Shown piece after piece: positions 1-12,900 of a DNA stretch of 64,000 bases. The stretch spans positions 4,960,001-5,024,000 of the forward strand of contig CM035362.1 of NCBI GenBank assembly GCA_020137815.1. Direction: 5' to 3'. Origin of the DNA: Hormiphora californensis. Taxonomy: Eukaryota; Animalia; Ctenophora. The notes under the pieces are model-generated. The model saw only the letters and a program-made list of their open reading frames with translations, was not told the origin of the DNA and searched no databases. Position numbers and translations under genes: made by a program. Position 1 is the first letter of the stretch, and every line of letters begins with the position of its first letter.

Positions 1-301
1 TGCCAACCTTGAGGGGCTGGTTTCATCAGGAGATTTGTTAGGTGGAGATTTAGAAGGGGGGGGGGATTACTAAATTAAAGTAAGAGTGAAACAGAATAAC
101 ACACAAACGGGACACAAACAGATAAAATAAGCAAACAAACAATGAATCAGTTAAAAACAGTGAAACAGTATCAGGAACAATATCACTCTGTGGGCAGCTG
201 TGGGGAGCCCCACTCTGTGTACAGTGTAACTTTTTTTAAATAGCAACCCTTAGTGTACATTGCACAGTGTACATGATGTACTGTACACGCCTAGTTCTTA
301 C

Positions 302-804
302 CTGCCAGGTTTCCCCTCATTATACTTTTGCAGCAGAGTGTGTTCTGTTTTCCGAATCAACCGTACTTCCTCAGGATCCTTGAGACTTTGGTAATTGGCT
401 TTTGTGGCTGCAGAAAATGTAATTTATTTTAATCTATAAAAATAATCTATAAATATTATGTAGCTTGAGTCAAGATTTAGTCTTTGGCATATAATTATTT
501 TTGTTACCTCCCCTCCCATCCCCCCCCCCCCCCCCCCCCGTGCTAACATTTATGAGGCATACTTGATCATTGGCCCCTTTACCGTTTGACTGGTATCATA
601 CATGATTAATAATCAAACTTTGACGATAATCATTGATTATAGTCAAAGTTTGACAGTTTTATTTACAACAGTCAACGTTTGACAGTACATACTGAATAGT
701 AGTAGCTATATCACCCGATTATAGCGCACAGTAATACACTAAAGGCTCGCTTAGAAAAGTAGTGTGCTTGCACCGAACAAGAGAGGGGGGGGGGGGCAGA
801 GGGT

Positions 805-839
<35 letters not shown>

Positions 840-3800
840 GGGGCAGAGAGAGAGAGAGAGAGAGAGAGAGTGAGAGAGAGAGATAGGGGAGGAGAGAGGG
901 GGGGGAAGAGAGAAGGAGAAGAGGAAAAGAAAGAGGGGAGAAAAGGTTTTAGGTTGGGGCCCCTCGCGCTGATGTTTTTGGTGCGGCTAAAAGAGCTCGC
1001 GTGTGGTGTCATTCTTTCGTCAGATGGTCTTTGAGAGAGTGTGGGGCTATAATTAAGCGGGTGGTAGGGGGCGGGAAACCCGCTACTGCGAGGTTTCGGT
1101 GGCGGGTTAAAAAATTTTTTGGGGGTAGAAAATCGGCCAAAGGAGAGGAGTAGAGAGAGTAGTTTAGCTGGGGGATTTAGTAGACCCTATTAGTTTTAGA
1201 TAGATTAATGAGTCTTGGAAAGGCTAAGAAGAAGTAATTCTCAAACCCAGAGAAAAAAGAGATTAGAGAGGGGCAGCTACGTCTGCAGCTGTGTGACGTG
1301 TTGTGTTGTGTTGACTTGTAGTCAACAAACACAAGTGTAGAAGACTTTTTTACACCCAACACATATATAGCTACCCCCTCTATCTATCTATCAATCGCTC
1401 TCTCCCCTCCCCTCTCTCTCTCTCTCTCTACCCTATATCTCCATCTATTGGTTACCCTGCAGGTACGTTAATTTGGTAGCTATACTTACTTGAGTTAAAT
1501 AGGATGATCCGGCGAAGTCTGCTCAGTTCAAAACGGTCTGTCCCTAGATCCTGAGGTAAACGTATTTAAATTGCAAATTGAAACAACCATGTCCATGACA
1601 TGTCCATGACAACCAGACGTACCTTTAGTGGTATTACTATGGTGTCCATGACAACCAGACGTACCTTTAGTGGTATTACTATGGGGTCCATGACAACCAG
1701 ACGTACCTTTAGTGGTATTACTATGGGGTCCATGACAACCAGACGTACCTTTAGTGGTATTACTATGGTGTCCATGACAACCAGACGTACCTTTAGTGGT
1801 ATTACTATGGTGTCCATGACAACCAGACGTACCTTTAGTGGTATTACTATGGTGTCCATGACAACCAGACGTACCTTTAGTGGTATAACTATGGTGTCCA
1901 TGACAACCAGACGTACCTTTAGTGGTATTAAGGGTACGCTAACCAAAATTTTTTTTTCGAGTGCAGGGAAATCTCTCACCGTAGGGTTGTAGGCCATGCC
2001 AAGGAGACCTCAAATATGCAATTTGAGCTCTCAAGTCGAATTCATATTTTTGCTACAGCTGCTTGAAAAATGAACTGTAAATACGTTTTTGGCATCTCAA
2101 AAAAAAATTTTTAAAGATAGAAGCATGAAAATTTGGGGATTTGAAGAGGACATGAAGGGGAATAACCACAAAAAATTTTTTTGCAATCCGAGCTGATTTC
2201 CGGTCCTGAGATGGATTTCTTTTTTTCCACTTTAACGCCCTATTTGGCAAAGTTCCGAAAACATGTGAAAGCTGTAAATTGGTGAAAAGTTTCGTCTAAC
2301 GATTATCTAAGTGGCCATAAATTTTGGGCGTGTCCTTATTTGAGATAAGCTGTACAGAGTTTTTTTTGTGAAAGCCGTCATTTCAGAAATAAATAAATTG
2401 CCTGTATCTCAAAAACGGCTGATCGTAGAGACCTGAGACTATGCTTAAACGATTCAGAAGGTCCGATTTTGGGGGGGTCTTCTGAGAGACATTTTGCTCC
2501 TACTGCAACCGTTTTTTGCTGTAATTGCGAAAAACAAATTCTATGGAAAGGGCAAAAGCTAAACTCCAATATCCTGTAATTAGGGAATTGTGGCTAAGAA
2601 AGGACCGAAACTATGGAAAAATGTGTAACAAGCTAATTCCTTCACTATTTGGTCCATATGGGTCCCTATAATCACCAAAAACAAAATCACAAAAAATCCA
2701 CGATGGCGAAGATGGTTTTTTGTTTTTCGCAATTACAGCAAAAACGGTTGAAGTAGGAGCAAAATGTCTCTCAGAAGACCCACCCAAAATCGGACCTTCT
2801 GAATCGTTTAAGCATAGTCTCAGGTCTCTACGATCAGCCGTTTTTGAGATACAGGCAATTTATTTATTTCTGAAATGACGGCTTTCACAAAAAAAACTCT
2901 GTACAGCTTATCTCAAATAAGGACACGCCCAAAATTTATGGCCACTTAGATAATCGTTAGACGAAACTTTTCACCAATTTACAGCTTTCACATGTTTTCG
3001 GAACTTTGCCAAATAGGGCGTTAAAGTGGAAAAAAAGAAATCCATCTCGGGACCGGAAATCAGCTCGGATTGCAAAAAAATTTTTTGTGGTTATTCCCCT
3101 TCATGTCCTCTTCAAATCCCCAAATTTTCATGCTTCTATCTTTAAAAAATTTTTTTTGAGATGCCAAAAACGTATTTACAGTTCATTTTTCAAGCAGCTG
3201 TAGCAAAAATATGAATTCGACTTGAGAGCTCAAATTGCATATTTGAGGTCTCCTTGGCATGGCCTACAACCCTACGGTGAGAGATTTCCCTGCACTCGAA
3301 AAAAAAATTTTGGTTAGCGTACCCTTAATATGGTGTCCATGACAACCAGACGTACCTTTAGTGGTATAACTATGGTGTCCATGACAACCAGACGTACCTT
3401 TAGTGGTATTAATATGGTGTCCATGACAACCAGACGTACCTTTAGTGGTATTACTATGGTGTCCATGACAACCAGACGTACCTTTAGTGGTATTACTATG
3501 GTGTCCATGACAACCAGACGTACCTTTAGTGGTATTACTATCATGGTGTCCATGACAACCAGACGTACCTTTAGTGGTATTACTATGGTGTCCATGACAA
3601 CCAGACGTACCTTTAGTGGTATTACTATGGTGTCCATGACAACCAGACGTACCTTTAGTGGTATTAATATGGTGTCCATGACAACCAGACGTACCTTTAG
3701 TGGTATTACTATGGTGTCCATGACAACCAGACGTACCTTTAGTGGTATTACTATGGTGTCCATGACAACCAGACGTACCTTTAGTGGTATAACTATGGTG

Positions 3801-4307
3801 TCCATGATGAATGATACAATATTCCGTATTGCCATATCGTATTGTCGATCTGTTCTCGATATTACGAGGTCCTTGTCTAATATCAGGTTATCTAAACGAA
3901 GACCTGGAGGGGAGGGGGGAGAGAAATAGTTATGGAGGGGGGGGGGGGGGGAAATAGTTACATATTTGATAAACAAGATGTATAGCCTGCTAACATTAAT
4001 AATGCAGCAGTGGCGAGCAGTGGCCGTCAATGGATGAATTCGTAACCACACCCCCACACCCCCTCGGCATATTAAATGGGTCGGAGGTGCACCTAAATAA
4101 ACTAACCACACTTTGTCTAATATTAATATTAATTAATTTAATTTATCCCTTTATATAAAACTAACCGCACGTGTTTTGAACGGAGAAACAGCAGATAGAG
4201 AATACAAGTATCTCAGGTGCGGTTGATGTTAAGAGTGCCTTCTGGTCTGACACTGACAAACTCTTAAACATCTGCATTTCACTTGCCCACTTGTGTATGA
4301 TTTCCAA
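302..4307 (-). CDS. Nuclear receptor ligand-binding domain (HNF4/NR2-like), 4 internal exons: 4166-4307, 3779-3903, 1490-1550, 302-407; gene incomplete at both ends
   Basis: GT-AG exons join in compatible phases (0-1, 1-0, 0-1, 1-2) to give LEIIHKWASEMQMFKSLSVSDQKALLTSTAPEILVFSICCFSVQNTC-GLRLDNLILDKDLVISRTDRQYDMAIRNIVSFIMDTIVIPLK-DLGTDRFELSRLRRIILFNS-TTKANYQSLKDPEEVRLIRKTEHTLLQKYNEGKPG(R/S). This contains the LBD signature WAxxxxxFxxLxxxDQxxLL and an E-x3-L-x2-IILF helix-8 motif. Confidence 0.88.
1600..1931. repeat. 42-bp minisatellite, distal half (8 copies of the splice-donor-containing unit)
   Basis: Unit ATGGTGTCCATGACAACCAGACGTACCTTTAGTGGTATTACT repeated in tandem. Confidence 0.97.
1932..3324. 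mobile_element. Non-autonomous foldback DNA transposon, Kolobok-like (TTAA TSD, GGG...CCC termini, about 600-bp TIRs)
   Basis: TTAA at 1928-1931 and 3325-3328; termini GGGTACGCTAACC / GGTTAGCGTACCC; arms about 1932-2537 and 2719-3324 are near-perfect inverted copies. RR..YY ends with TTAA fit Kolobok rather than piggyBac (YY..RR). Confidence 0.88.
3325..3806. repeat. 42-bp minisatellite, exon-proximal half (11 donor copies including the presumed authentic one)
   Basis: Same unit; one copy has a 3-nt insertion; the last copy overlaps the 3' end of nuclear receptor exon 3779-3903. Confidence 0.97.
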
Positions 4308-4370
4308 CTGAAAGGATCAGATGATAGAAAAATTGAAATTCTTGAGGGATATTTATTAACAATTCCGCGG

Positions 4371-4402
<32 letters not shown>

Positions 4403-4439
4403 AGAGAGGAGAGAGAGAGAGAGAGAGAGAGAAGAGGAA

Positions 4440-4872
4440 TTAATAAGGTGTAGGTAAGAAGGGGGGGGGGGGGCGTATTTCAAGCCTTTCATCTTCAAAC
4501 CCAACACGAAAACACCGTTTGGGAAAAAATTTTTCAAAAAAAAAAAAACTAAAAAAAAAACCACAAAAAAAAAAAAAGGGAAAGACCGACAAAAATTCCC
4601 CCTCCAACCCCCCCCTTTTTTTTTGCCCCCTTTTCCTTTTAAAGGGAAAAGAAAAAAAAACCCTTTTTTGGGTTTTTTAATTTTTAAAAGAGCTTTTTAA
4701 AAAGGGCCCAAAAATTATAAGAAGGGGGGGAAAGGGGGGCAAAAGGGGTTTAATTTTTTTTTTAGAGGGGAAAAATTAATGGGGAAAAAAAAGGGTTTTT
4801 TGGGGTTGGGGGTGGGGGGAGGCGGGTTGGAATTTGAAAATAACTAAATCCGGGGTTTTTTTGGGGGGGTTT

Positions 4873-4908
<36 letters not shown>

Positions 4909-7900
4909 AATGCCCCTTGGGAGCTGAAAAAAAAAAAGCTAAAAACCCATCAAAAAACCCAAAAAAAATTTCCGCCCCAAAATCAGGGTACCGAGGCCCT
5001 TTTTAGGGCTCGCCTCCCCCCTTTTTATCCCCCCTTTTTTCTCCCTCGTCCCCTTTTTTCCTCTCTCTCATAGGCTATTTAGCACTATTCCGCCCCCCCT
5101 CACAGTATCGTGATTGAAGCTAGGGCAGACAACCCCTAAAGGGGTTACTGAGGGGGGGGGGGGGGGTGACAGATTAGAAAAGATAAGACAAAAAAAAAAA
5201 AAAAAGATTCTCTCTCTCTCTTTTCTCTTCTCTCTCTCTCCCAACCTTCTTTCTTTCTCTTTATTTCTCTTATTTTATAAAAGTTAATATAGTATACAAA
5301 AAACGATACTTTTCCGGGGAAAAATTGAAAATTTAAATATTTTTGAAGCCGGGGCGAGGATTAATTTCAACTTACCTTTGCCAAAAGGTAAAAATACGTG
5401 ATTTTTTCTGGCAACTACGGAACACCCAATAATAATATGGATATCACAGAAAAATTTTTTGTAAAAAAAAAAAAGCTTAATTCGGATTATGGGTCCCGCG
5501 GAAAAATTTTGGAAAAGTTGCTTCTAGAAAAACCCACATGTTATCTTCCCCCTTTTGTCCAGGGACTGCATGTCAATTTAAAAGGTTTTTTTGGGCGATC
5601 TTTAGTCGAGGAGGAACAAAATGTCATTTCGGGTTCATTAACGGGGTTGGGATATTTTTTCGGGGCATGGGAAAGAACACCACCCCCCCTGCTAAAGGAC
5701 TGCTCCACTAATTTGGGATTTTTTCTACCCACCTGGGGAAAAGGGGAGAATTAATTTAATTTTCCCCCCCCTCTGTATAGTACGTCAGTACGGGGAAATA
5801 TTTGGCATTAAGAACTCATGAATACCTTCTCTCCCCAAATTTTTAGATGTTAAAAACACGACAATTTTTTCCAACAACACTGAAAATTCGGGAGAGTCAA
5901 GAAAATATTGATTGCCCCCGGGGGTTTGGGTTTGTACGTAAAAACACAACAACAACGTGTAGCATAACTATGTTGACAAAAAATTTTTGGGGAAGTTCGG
6001 GGAAGAAAGGCCGTATTGAATTTGTTTATCGGCTCGTACATCCAATAGTCGGACCCCCCATGATCGTAAAAGCCGCGCTGAGTCCGAAAAAAAAATTGGG
6101 GGGAAGTGGGTTTGCAAGGGTCCATAGGGGCATTGAAAACTTGCATTTCCCCGCATTTAAAAATTGGCAATCCCCCGGGGAAAGGCACAGTTTGGTAAAG
6201 ACGAAAAAAAAAGAAACTTTAAAAGAAATAAACTTTGTGGTGTTTATTGTAACGTACAAAATGTGCAGGGTTATGTTACCTTTTTAAAAGTACCTGTAAC
6301 GTTTGCCGTGTCTTGGCACTTCAAGTGGACCCCTGAAAGATGGTTGTTTGGGAGACGCCAGGATTTGCTTCCCCCTCCTTTTTTTTAGAGAGGAAAAACC
6401 TTTTTTTTTGTTAAATTCGTCCACCGGGGGGTGATGTGATGGGCTCTGGATTAGGTTAAAAACCCGGGTTAAAATACCATTTTAGCAATCATAATTTCTA
6501 CATTGGGGGCCCGCCTCATTGTAGGCCCGATATTTCTTACTTAATATTACCCGCAACCTGGGTCAAATCAAGAACCTAAACTATAAAAAGACCGTGGGAA
6601 AAAACCCAACGGACCTAAATAACGTTTCTGATTGGTGTTACTTGTAAAAAATTTACCTTTTTGCTTTTTCTCCCGTTCTTTTCTGCGGTTTTCTTTTTTT
6701 TCAGTTTAATAGAAATTTTCTTCCCTCTTCCCCTCCTTTTTCGACTGTAAAAATTTTTTCTAGTTGTCCTGGAGTAAGAGGAATTTAAAAAAATAGAGAT
6801 GTGTTTTTTCAAATCGTTTTTGGGAATTGGACACCCCTAAAAATTCATTATTCCCGGGTGGGTAACATGGTGGGGAAAAAATACGGTCTATAAAAGTAGG
6901 GAAGAACACACTGGTCTTTTAGCTTTTATGAAATGTAGGGGTGAAAAAGACAAGAAAATGTGGTTTTTATAACTTTGGGAAAGGGGAAGAAAAGGACCCG
7001 TGTTCTTTTTTTCAGGAATTAAATACGGCTATTTTTTAATTTGGGAAAAGGCAAACTAAACTTAATGAGTTAAAAAATCCCCTTTAAACCAAAAGTAATT
7101 TTTTTTAATTTGGTTTTTCATTATCGGGCCATAAATGCGTAGTTGTGGAAATGAATGATGAAAAGGGAAAATTTTCTAAAATAAAAATACATTTAATCAA
7201 ATTCATTAAAAATTTTCGGCCGTGGTTGGAAAACGTTAATCAAAATCACTAAAAAAAGTCTGCCCCGGCGTTTTGTGGGGGAAAAGGGTAATGGAAAAGG
7301 GGAGAACATAAGCGACACGAAAACCGGGGCCCAAAGGGGCAGTACAGCGAAAAATGCACTTTTTCCCGTGCGTTTGCAAATTTGGCGTCTCTTTACGTTT
7401 TCAACGGAAATGCAAGAAAACACCGTGTCAAACAAAATCGGCAAAATCAAATCTCCTCAAACGTAAAATAAAATGCTAAGGCCGGGAAATTCTCCCCCTT
7501 TTTTTTTAAAATGAAGATTTGATTTTTAAGTTTCGGAAAATCGACCTTTAAAAAGTTTTTTTAGGGGGTTTTTTTCGGAACAAAAAATTGTATAAAAGCC
7601 CAAAAGTCTCAAAACGTTTTATATTTATCCACAAGAATCCTAAAGGAATTCTGCGGGATTTCCCAATTATCAGCTTTTCACAAATTGTCTCAAATTGTGC
7701 CAGGCAAAAAAATTGATGCCTTATCTTTTGGTTACTTAAATTATATTAATTTTTTGAAAATTTTTCCTTTTCTAGACTGATTCGACTGAGCAAAATTTTT
7801 TGTGGAAAATATTTCGTTAATTACTTCACTCAAAAAAATACTTCTCTTGAAACAAAAGCACCAAAAAGAATTTCACTTGCATAATTCAGAATACTTCTTT

Positions 7901-10900
7901 TAAAAAAATACTTCTTCAGAACTGTATTCAAAGCCTAAAATAACTTAATCGAACAAAAGGTAATGTCTTCAAATCGAACTTACTTAAATTTTTTGGAAAA
8001 AAACAAAAAAAGAATTAATTTTTCATTTAACACGCGTGGAAATTTTAATAAAATGGGTTAAAATTTCTTGCTAGTTTTGGGGAAAGACTCCGAGCGCAGC
8101 TGCAGCAAAAAAGAAAAACAGACAAACAGACGCACAAATTACAACGGAGAGTGCAGCACCCTCCCAGCAGCAAAAAGAGGGGCCCCCGGGGTTCGGGCGG
8201 AAGAAAATCAGGGTGCTGATAAATTGAGGAAAACAGAAAAACGCTTGGAACCCTCAAAAAAGACAAACCTGAAATAAAATCTGGAAGTTTAACTGCCCGT
8301 ACGAGTCATACTTTGAAATTTTTTTGGTTCGGTTTGTAATTCAGAGTGAAACATGGAGATTGGAGATTCAAGAATTTTTTTCCGACCTACACAGGCCCGT
8401 GTTCATAAAATAAAACAAAAAAAAAAGATAAGAAAAAAAAAATCACAGACGAAAACGACAGCCCAAAGCCCAGTTTTTAAATTTTTTTTTTTTAAAATCG
8501 ATTGGCTGAAAAACCCAGTACGGACTTAATAGACTGGATTGGTTGTTTTATTGGTCCGGGGGGTTGTGAAGATGGGGGAAAGGGGTCTGTTACGGGAAGA
8601 AAAAAAGAGAGGGAAGGGAGTGAGTTGCCCCTTTTGGGTTATTACGAAAGGGGATATTTGTCTAGGGGGGTTGGGATGTAAGGACAGAACAGTTAGATGA
8701 CAATATTTTGTTAAATTTGGAGATTTTATCCCTTTCTTTTTTTTTTTACAAACATTTCAAACCCGTGAGGGTTTTAAGTTCAGTACAGGGGAAGGGGAGG
8801 GGAAAGGACAAGGGGGGGTTTCAATGGGGGCAAAATGACAGGGGTAAATTTGGGGATAAGGGACCCCGGGGGGGACAAAAGGAAAGGGACAGGCCCCCCA
8901 CTACCCCCCTTCCCCCGGGGCATCCTTGCCTCCTAATCACCCCCTTCCCCAGGTCATCCGCCTCCTAACCAACCCCCCCTTCCCCAGTTTTCTGACCCCT
9001 AACTCAAGTCACCCCCTTTCCCCCCGGGCTCCCGCCCCTAACCCCCCCTTCCCTGGTTTCCTGACCCCTAAATTTCCCCCCCCCCCTAGGCATCTGCCTC
9101 CTAATCACCCCCTTCCTAGGTCATCCCCTCCACCAAAACCCCCCCCCCGGTCCCCTGCCTCCAAAACCCCCTTCCTAGGTTATCCGACCCCCCAATTACC
9201 ACCTCCCTTCCCTAGGTTATCCGATAACTACCCCCTTCCCTAGGATCCTGACCCCTAACTCACCCCTTCCCAGGGGTTACCCGACCCCCAATGGTTTAGG
9301 TTATCCTGACCCTAAATCACCCCCCTTCCCCAGGTTATCCGGGCCCCAAAACACCCCCCCCCCCGGTCATCCTGCCCCCTAACTCACCCCCCTTTTCCCA
9401 GGGCACCCCTTCCCGGGTTTTTCCTGCCTCCTGATAGTACCTGATCATGACGTCCCGGTGTTGATTGGATACAAGGTGACGGGGGGTTTCGGGGAGGCCC
9501 AAAGTAAACCGGGGGGAAGTGGAAGGGTTTACAGGGGGGGGGGGGGGGGGAAAAAGGGGGAAAAAGGAGGGTTTACAAAGAGGGGGACAAAAGGACAGGG
9601 TTTTCAGTCAGGGGGACAGAAAAATTTTACCGCTGCAGCATGATACCTACCACACGGATGCCGTTTTTTATATTTTAATCCCAAAGGTTTTTATTTTTAA
9701 ACATGAGTGGCCCCCTAGCCTTTTGGGAAAATGTAAATTTGAACCCCAAAAGTAGGGAAAACTTAAAAACCTTATGAGGTCAGGTTTGCAACATGTTTTT
9801 TGGGTCTTTTCTTTTTTCAGAGTGACCTTTTTACATAGAGATAAACCCCGGCATGATCACCCCCGGCCCCAGAGTCTGGGCCCAGACATCTCTTTCCCCT
9901 TGTTGGGTTTCCTAACAACTGGGTTTTGTTGGTCGTTACGAAAATAGGTATGGAAATAATTACCTTTTTAATTGGGGGTTTTAAGTTCGAAGAAAGAGAT
10001 TGGGGGTGACGTAGTTTGTTGACGGTGAGGAGGGTATTCGAGATGAACGATAATTTTTAATTACTCAGAATAGAATATTTTTATGGGGTCGCCTCCGTTC
10101 GCCCCTTTATCATGATGAGCTGGAAAGAAAAAATCTTGGGGAATTTCTTCATTTTTGGCCCGGGCTTGGTTTTTAAATGGGGAAAATTATAAAAAAAAAT
10201 GAAGGGATTTTTAATTTTGAAAAAATTTTTTTTGGGGCGACAAAAGATTTTAATTCCCCCAGTTTTTGAAGCTTTTTTAAATTGAAAAATGAAAGGGAAA
10301 ATCTTTGATTTGAAAAAATTTAAACAAAAAACTGCAAATGATTTAAAGGGATTTCAAATTGAAAAAAAGGAAGTTCTTCTGGGGCAATCTTCAAACAAAA
10401 TTGCAGTGATTGAAAAATTTTCAAAGAATTTTTTAAATGAAGCAAAAAACTGAACAAATTTTTTTGCGGTTTTACTTCTAGGGGAGAAAGTTTTTTAAAG
10501 AAGCAGTATTTTTCCCAATTTTATTAGCGAAGCAATGCCATTTGTTATTTTGAGTTTTTCAAAAATTTTAAAATACTTTACAAAAAAAACTTACTTATTT
10601 TTGAAGATTGAGACACGAGACTAGCCCCTCTTGTAGATTTTTTTCTCCTATCAAGATGGTTTTTAAAAAACTCAAAATCGCCAAAAAATTGCAAAAAATT
10701 AAAAAAAGGGGCAGAATTGACAAAAAAATATATTATAATTCACCGACACCAACCTTTCGGGAAAATTTAGATTAAACATAAAGTGGGGCGGGAGCTCCGA
10801 CTCGAACCTTCAATTTCCCGCCGGTATTTTTTAAATGTAATAAAGATCCTTAACCTTTCTAGAACGGGTCCGGGGTGAAGGTCGGAAAAATGTAGAAAAG

Positions 10901-12900
10901 AATGGGAAGAACGAAAGGGGAGAGCGAAAGAGAGACCGAGAGAGAGAGAGGAAGGGAAACGAGAGAGCCGGCGGAGCCAGAAAGGGGGCGGGGAGAGAGG
11001 GGGGGGGAAAAAGGGGAATCAAAACCCCAAGAGAAAAAAAGACCGAGAGGAGGGGAACAAAAAAGAAAAGGGAAGAGAAGAAAAACGAAAGGGAGAAAAG
11101 AAAGAACAAAACATAGCGAAAGAAGAAAAAAAAAAAACCCCGGAAACCCCCGCCACCCCAAAAAAAATGAAAGGAAACGGATCAAATTGTTTTCCAACTC
11201 AATAAATGAATGGGGAGTCTTGTCCACCCGGGTTTGTCCCGTTTGTAAAGGTCATCGGTAACTTTAGTATCTGTAAGAAACAAAAGGGCCCGTTAAGTAG
11301 TAACTAGGGTAACTAGGGGGTTAACTGGGAGAAGTAGTAACTAGTAGGGCAGGTCGGTAGAATTTGACAGATTAGGGCAGGGCAATTAGGGCAGCTCGAA
11401 TTTAGGCAGCTCTGAATTAGGGCAGTTGTAAATAACTATTTTTAGTAATACTTTGAGGTATGGGATTGAAAAAAAGTAGGGGTGGTATTAAGGCTGGTGG
11501 ACCACACTGAATGGATGGTGGGTTCCCTGAGACTGTTTCGGGGTGGTTATCTGGGAAAGACTTGAAATGAAAAAAAGATTCCCCCTTTTTTCCTTCTCTT
11601 TTTTTCTCTTTTCCTCTTTCCTCTTTCCCCCCTTCTTCTCCCTCTCCTTCCCCGTTTCCTTGCTTTCTTTTTCTTCTCTCGGTCCATCACGCACACTCCC
11701 GCTCCTAAAATTTTGGCGGGGGGTTTAAACCCCCCCCCATCGTTGGATCTCCCGGGGGCCGGGGTAAAGGGTGGCTTCCCCTGGGGTTTTTGTCTGACTT
11801 GGGTTAAATAAGGGAAAAAATTTTTGGGGAGTTAAAACTCGGGTTGGGGGGTAAGCCCCCCCAAACAGGAAAAGAAACCCATTTTTTTGGGGCGGGCCCG
11901 GAAAAGGGGCCCGGGAAAAGAAGGAAACAAACTTTTACTTGGTAGGGGAACAGGAAAAGGGTTAAAAGGGGAAAAAAAATTTAAAAAAAAGGGGGGGTAA
12001 ATTCTTTTAGTTTCCCGGGCTTTTTCGGGTTAAAAAACCATTTGAAAGGGGAAGGGAAATTTGGCGGGTAAGAAAACAAATTTGGGGGGGGGGGGGCAAA
12101 CTGTCAATTTGGAAAAGGGGAAGCCCCAAACGGGTTTAAAATTTTTGGAAACCCCTTTTCATCCCCGTGGGGGAACCGTCCGGTAAACATGTCAAACCTT
12201 TTCCCTTTTTTTTCAAAACCCCCAGGTTTTAAAGGCCCCGATTTAGCTTTTAAGTGGAAAAAAATTTGCGTTTCATTTCAGGACTTTTTCTGGTTTCCCC
12301 CCTTTCTTTTTAAAAATCCGGGCCTGATTTTCCCCCCAAAGCTCCGATTTCCGGGTGGATACCCCTGGCCTTTTTAGGGGTTTTCCATTCTTTTGGTTGG
12401 GAAAATCCCCTTTCCGTATTTTTTCTTTCTGATCCTCTCCCATTCGTCGAATGGCTTTTTTTGGGCGCAAAAGAACGGCCTTTTCTAGGTTTTTGTTGAG
12501 CCAGGCAGGTCAGTCAGGGGTCCCCGTTTAATGTTTGGAATTTAGAAGATTTGGTTTTCCCTTTTTCAATTCCCTTTTTGTAGTCTTTTCCTTCCCCCTT
12601 TTGGATCGTTTGAAATTTTTGAACCCCGTGTGGGGGGGACTTGGGGCCCGGGTTGGAAATTTATGTCCCTTTTTTCCCCCCAAAGGCCCAAAACCGTTAG
12701 TTCCCAGTTTTTGAAACAAGCCCCCCTTTTAAACCACCCCCTTTTGGGTCTTGGGGGTTTAAAAGGGGGTTTTTTAAGGAAAAACGGGTAAGTATTCCCC
12801 CCTTTTGTTTTCTTTTTTTTTTTTAGGGGGTTTTTTCCTGCCTTCGGGGTGGACCAGGGGGGCTGATCAGCCAAGAGCTCCGATCACGATGGGGATGACC
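4440..12900. other. Homopolymer-inflated low-fidelity sequence (probable poor long-read consensus)
   Basis: Pervasive long A/T/G/C runs. Where a cleaner paralogue exists (11560-11800 vs 18110-18360; 12860-12930 vs 18710-18790) the differences include many homopolymer expansions. Confidence 0.75.
8920..9430. repeat. Degenerate C-rich tandem repeat (about 30-35 bp unit)
   Basis: Recurring CCCCTTCCYAGGTYATCCGMCYCCTAAYCAC-like motif; lies just downstream of a minus-strand CAG|GTACTA donor-like site near 9438. Confidence 0.7.

Noticed and set aside
1600-3929. Plus-strand ORFs of (MVSMTTRRTFSGIT)n
   Set aside because: By-product of a 3n repeat; the real gene is on the minus strand.
4440-12900. 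K/G/P/F-rich ORFs and G-tracts as genes or G4 elements
   Set aside because: They derive from homopolymer-inflated sequence that is probably a consensus artefact.
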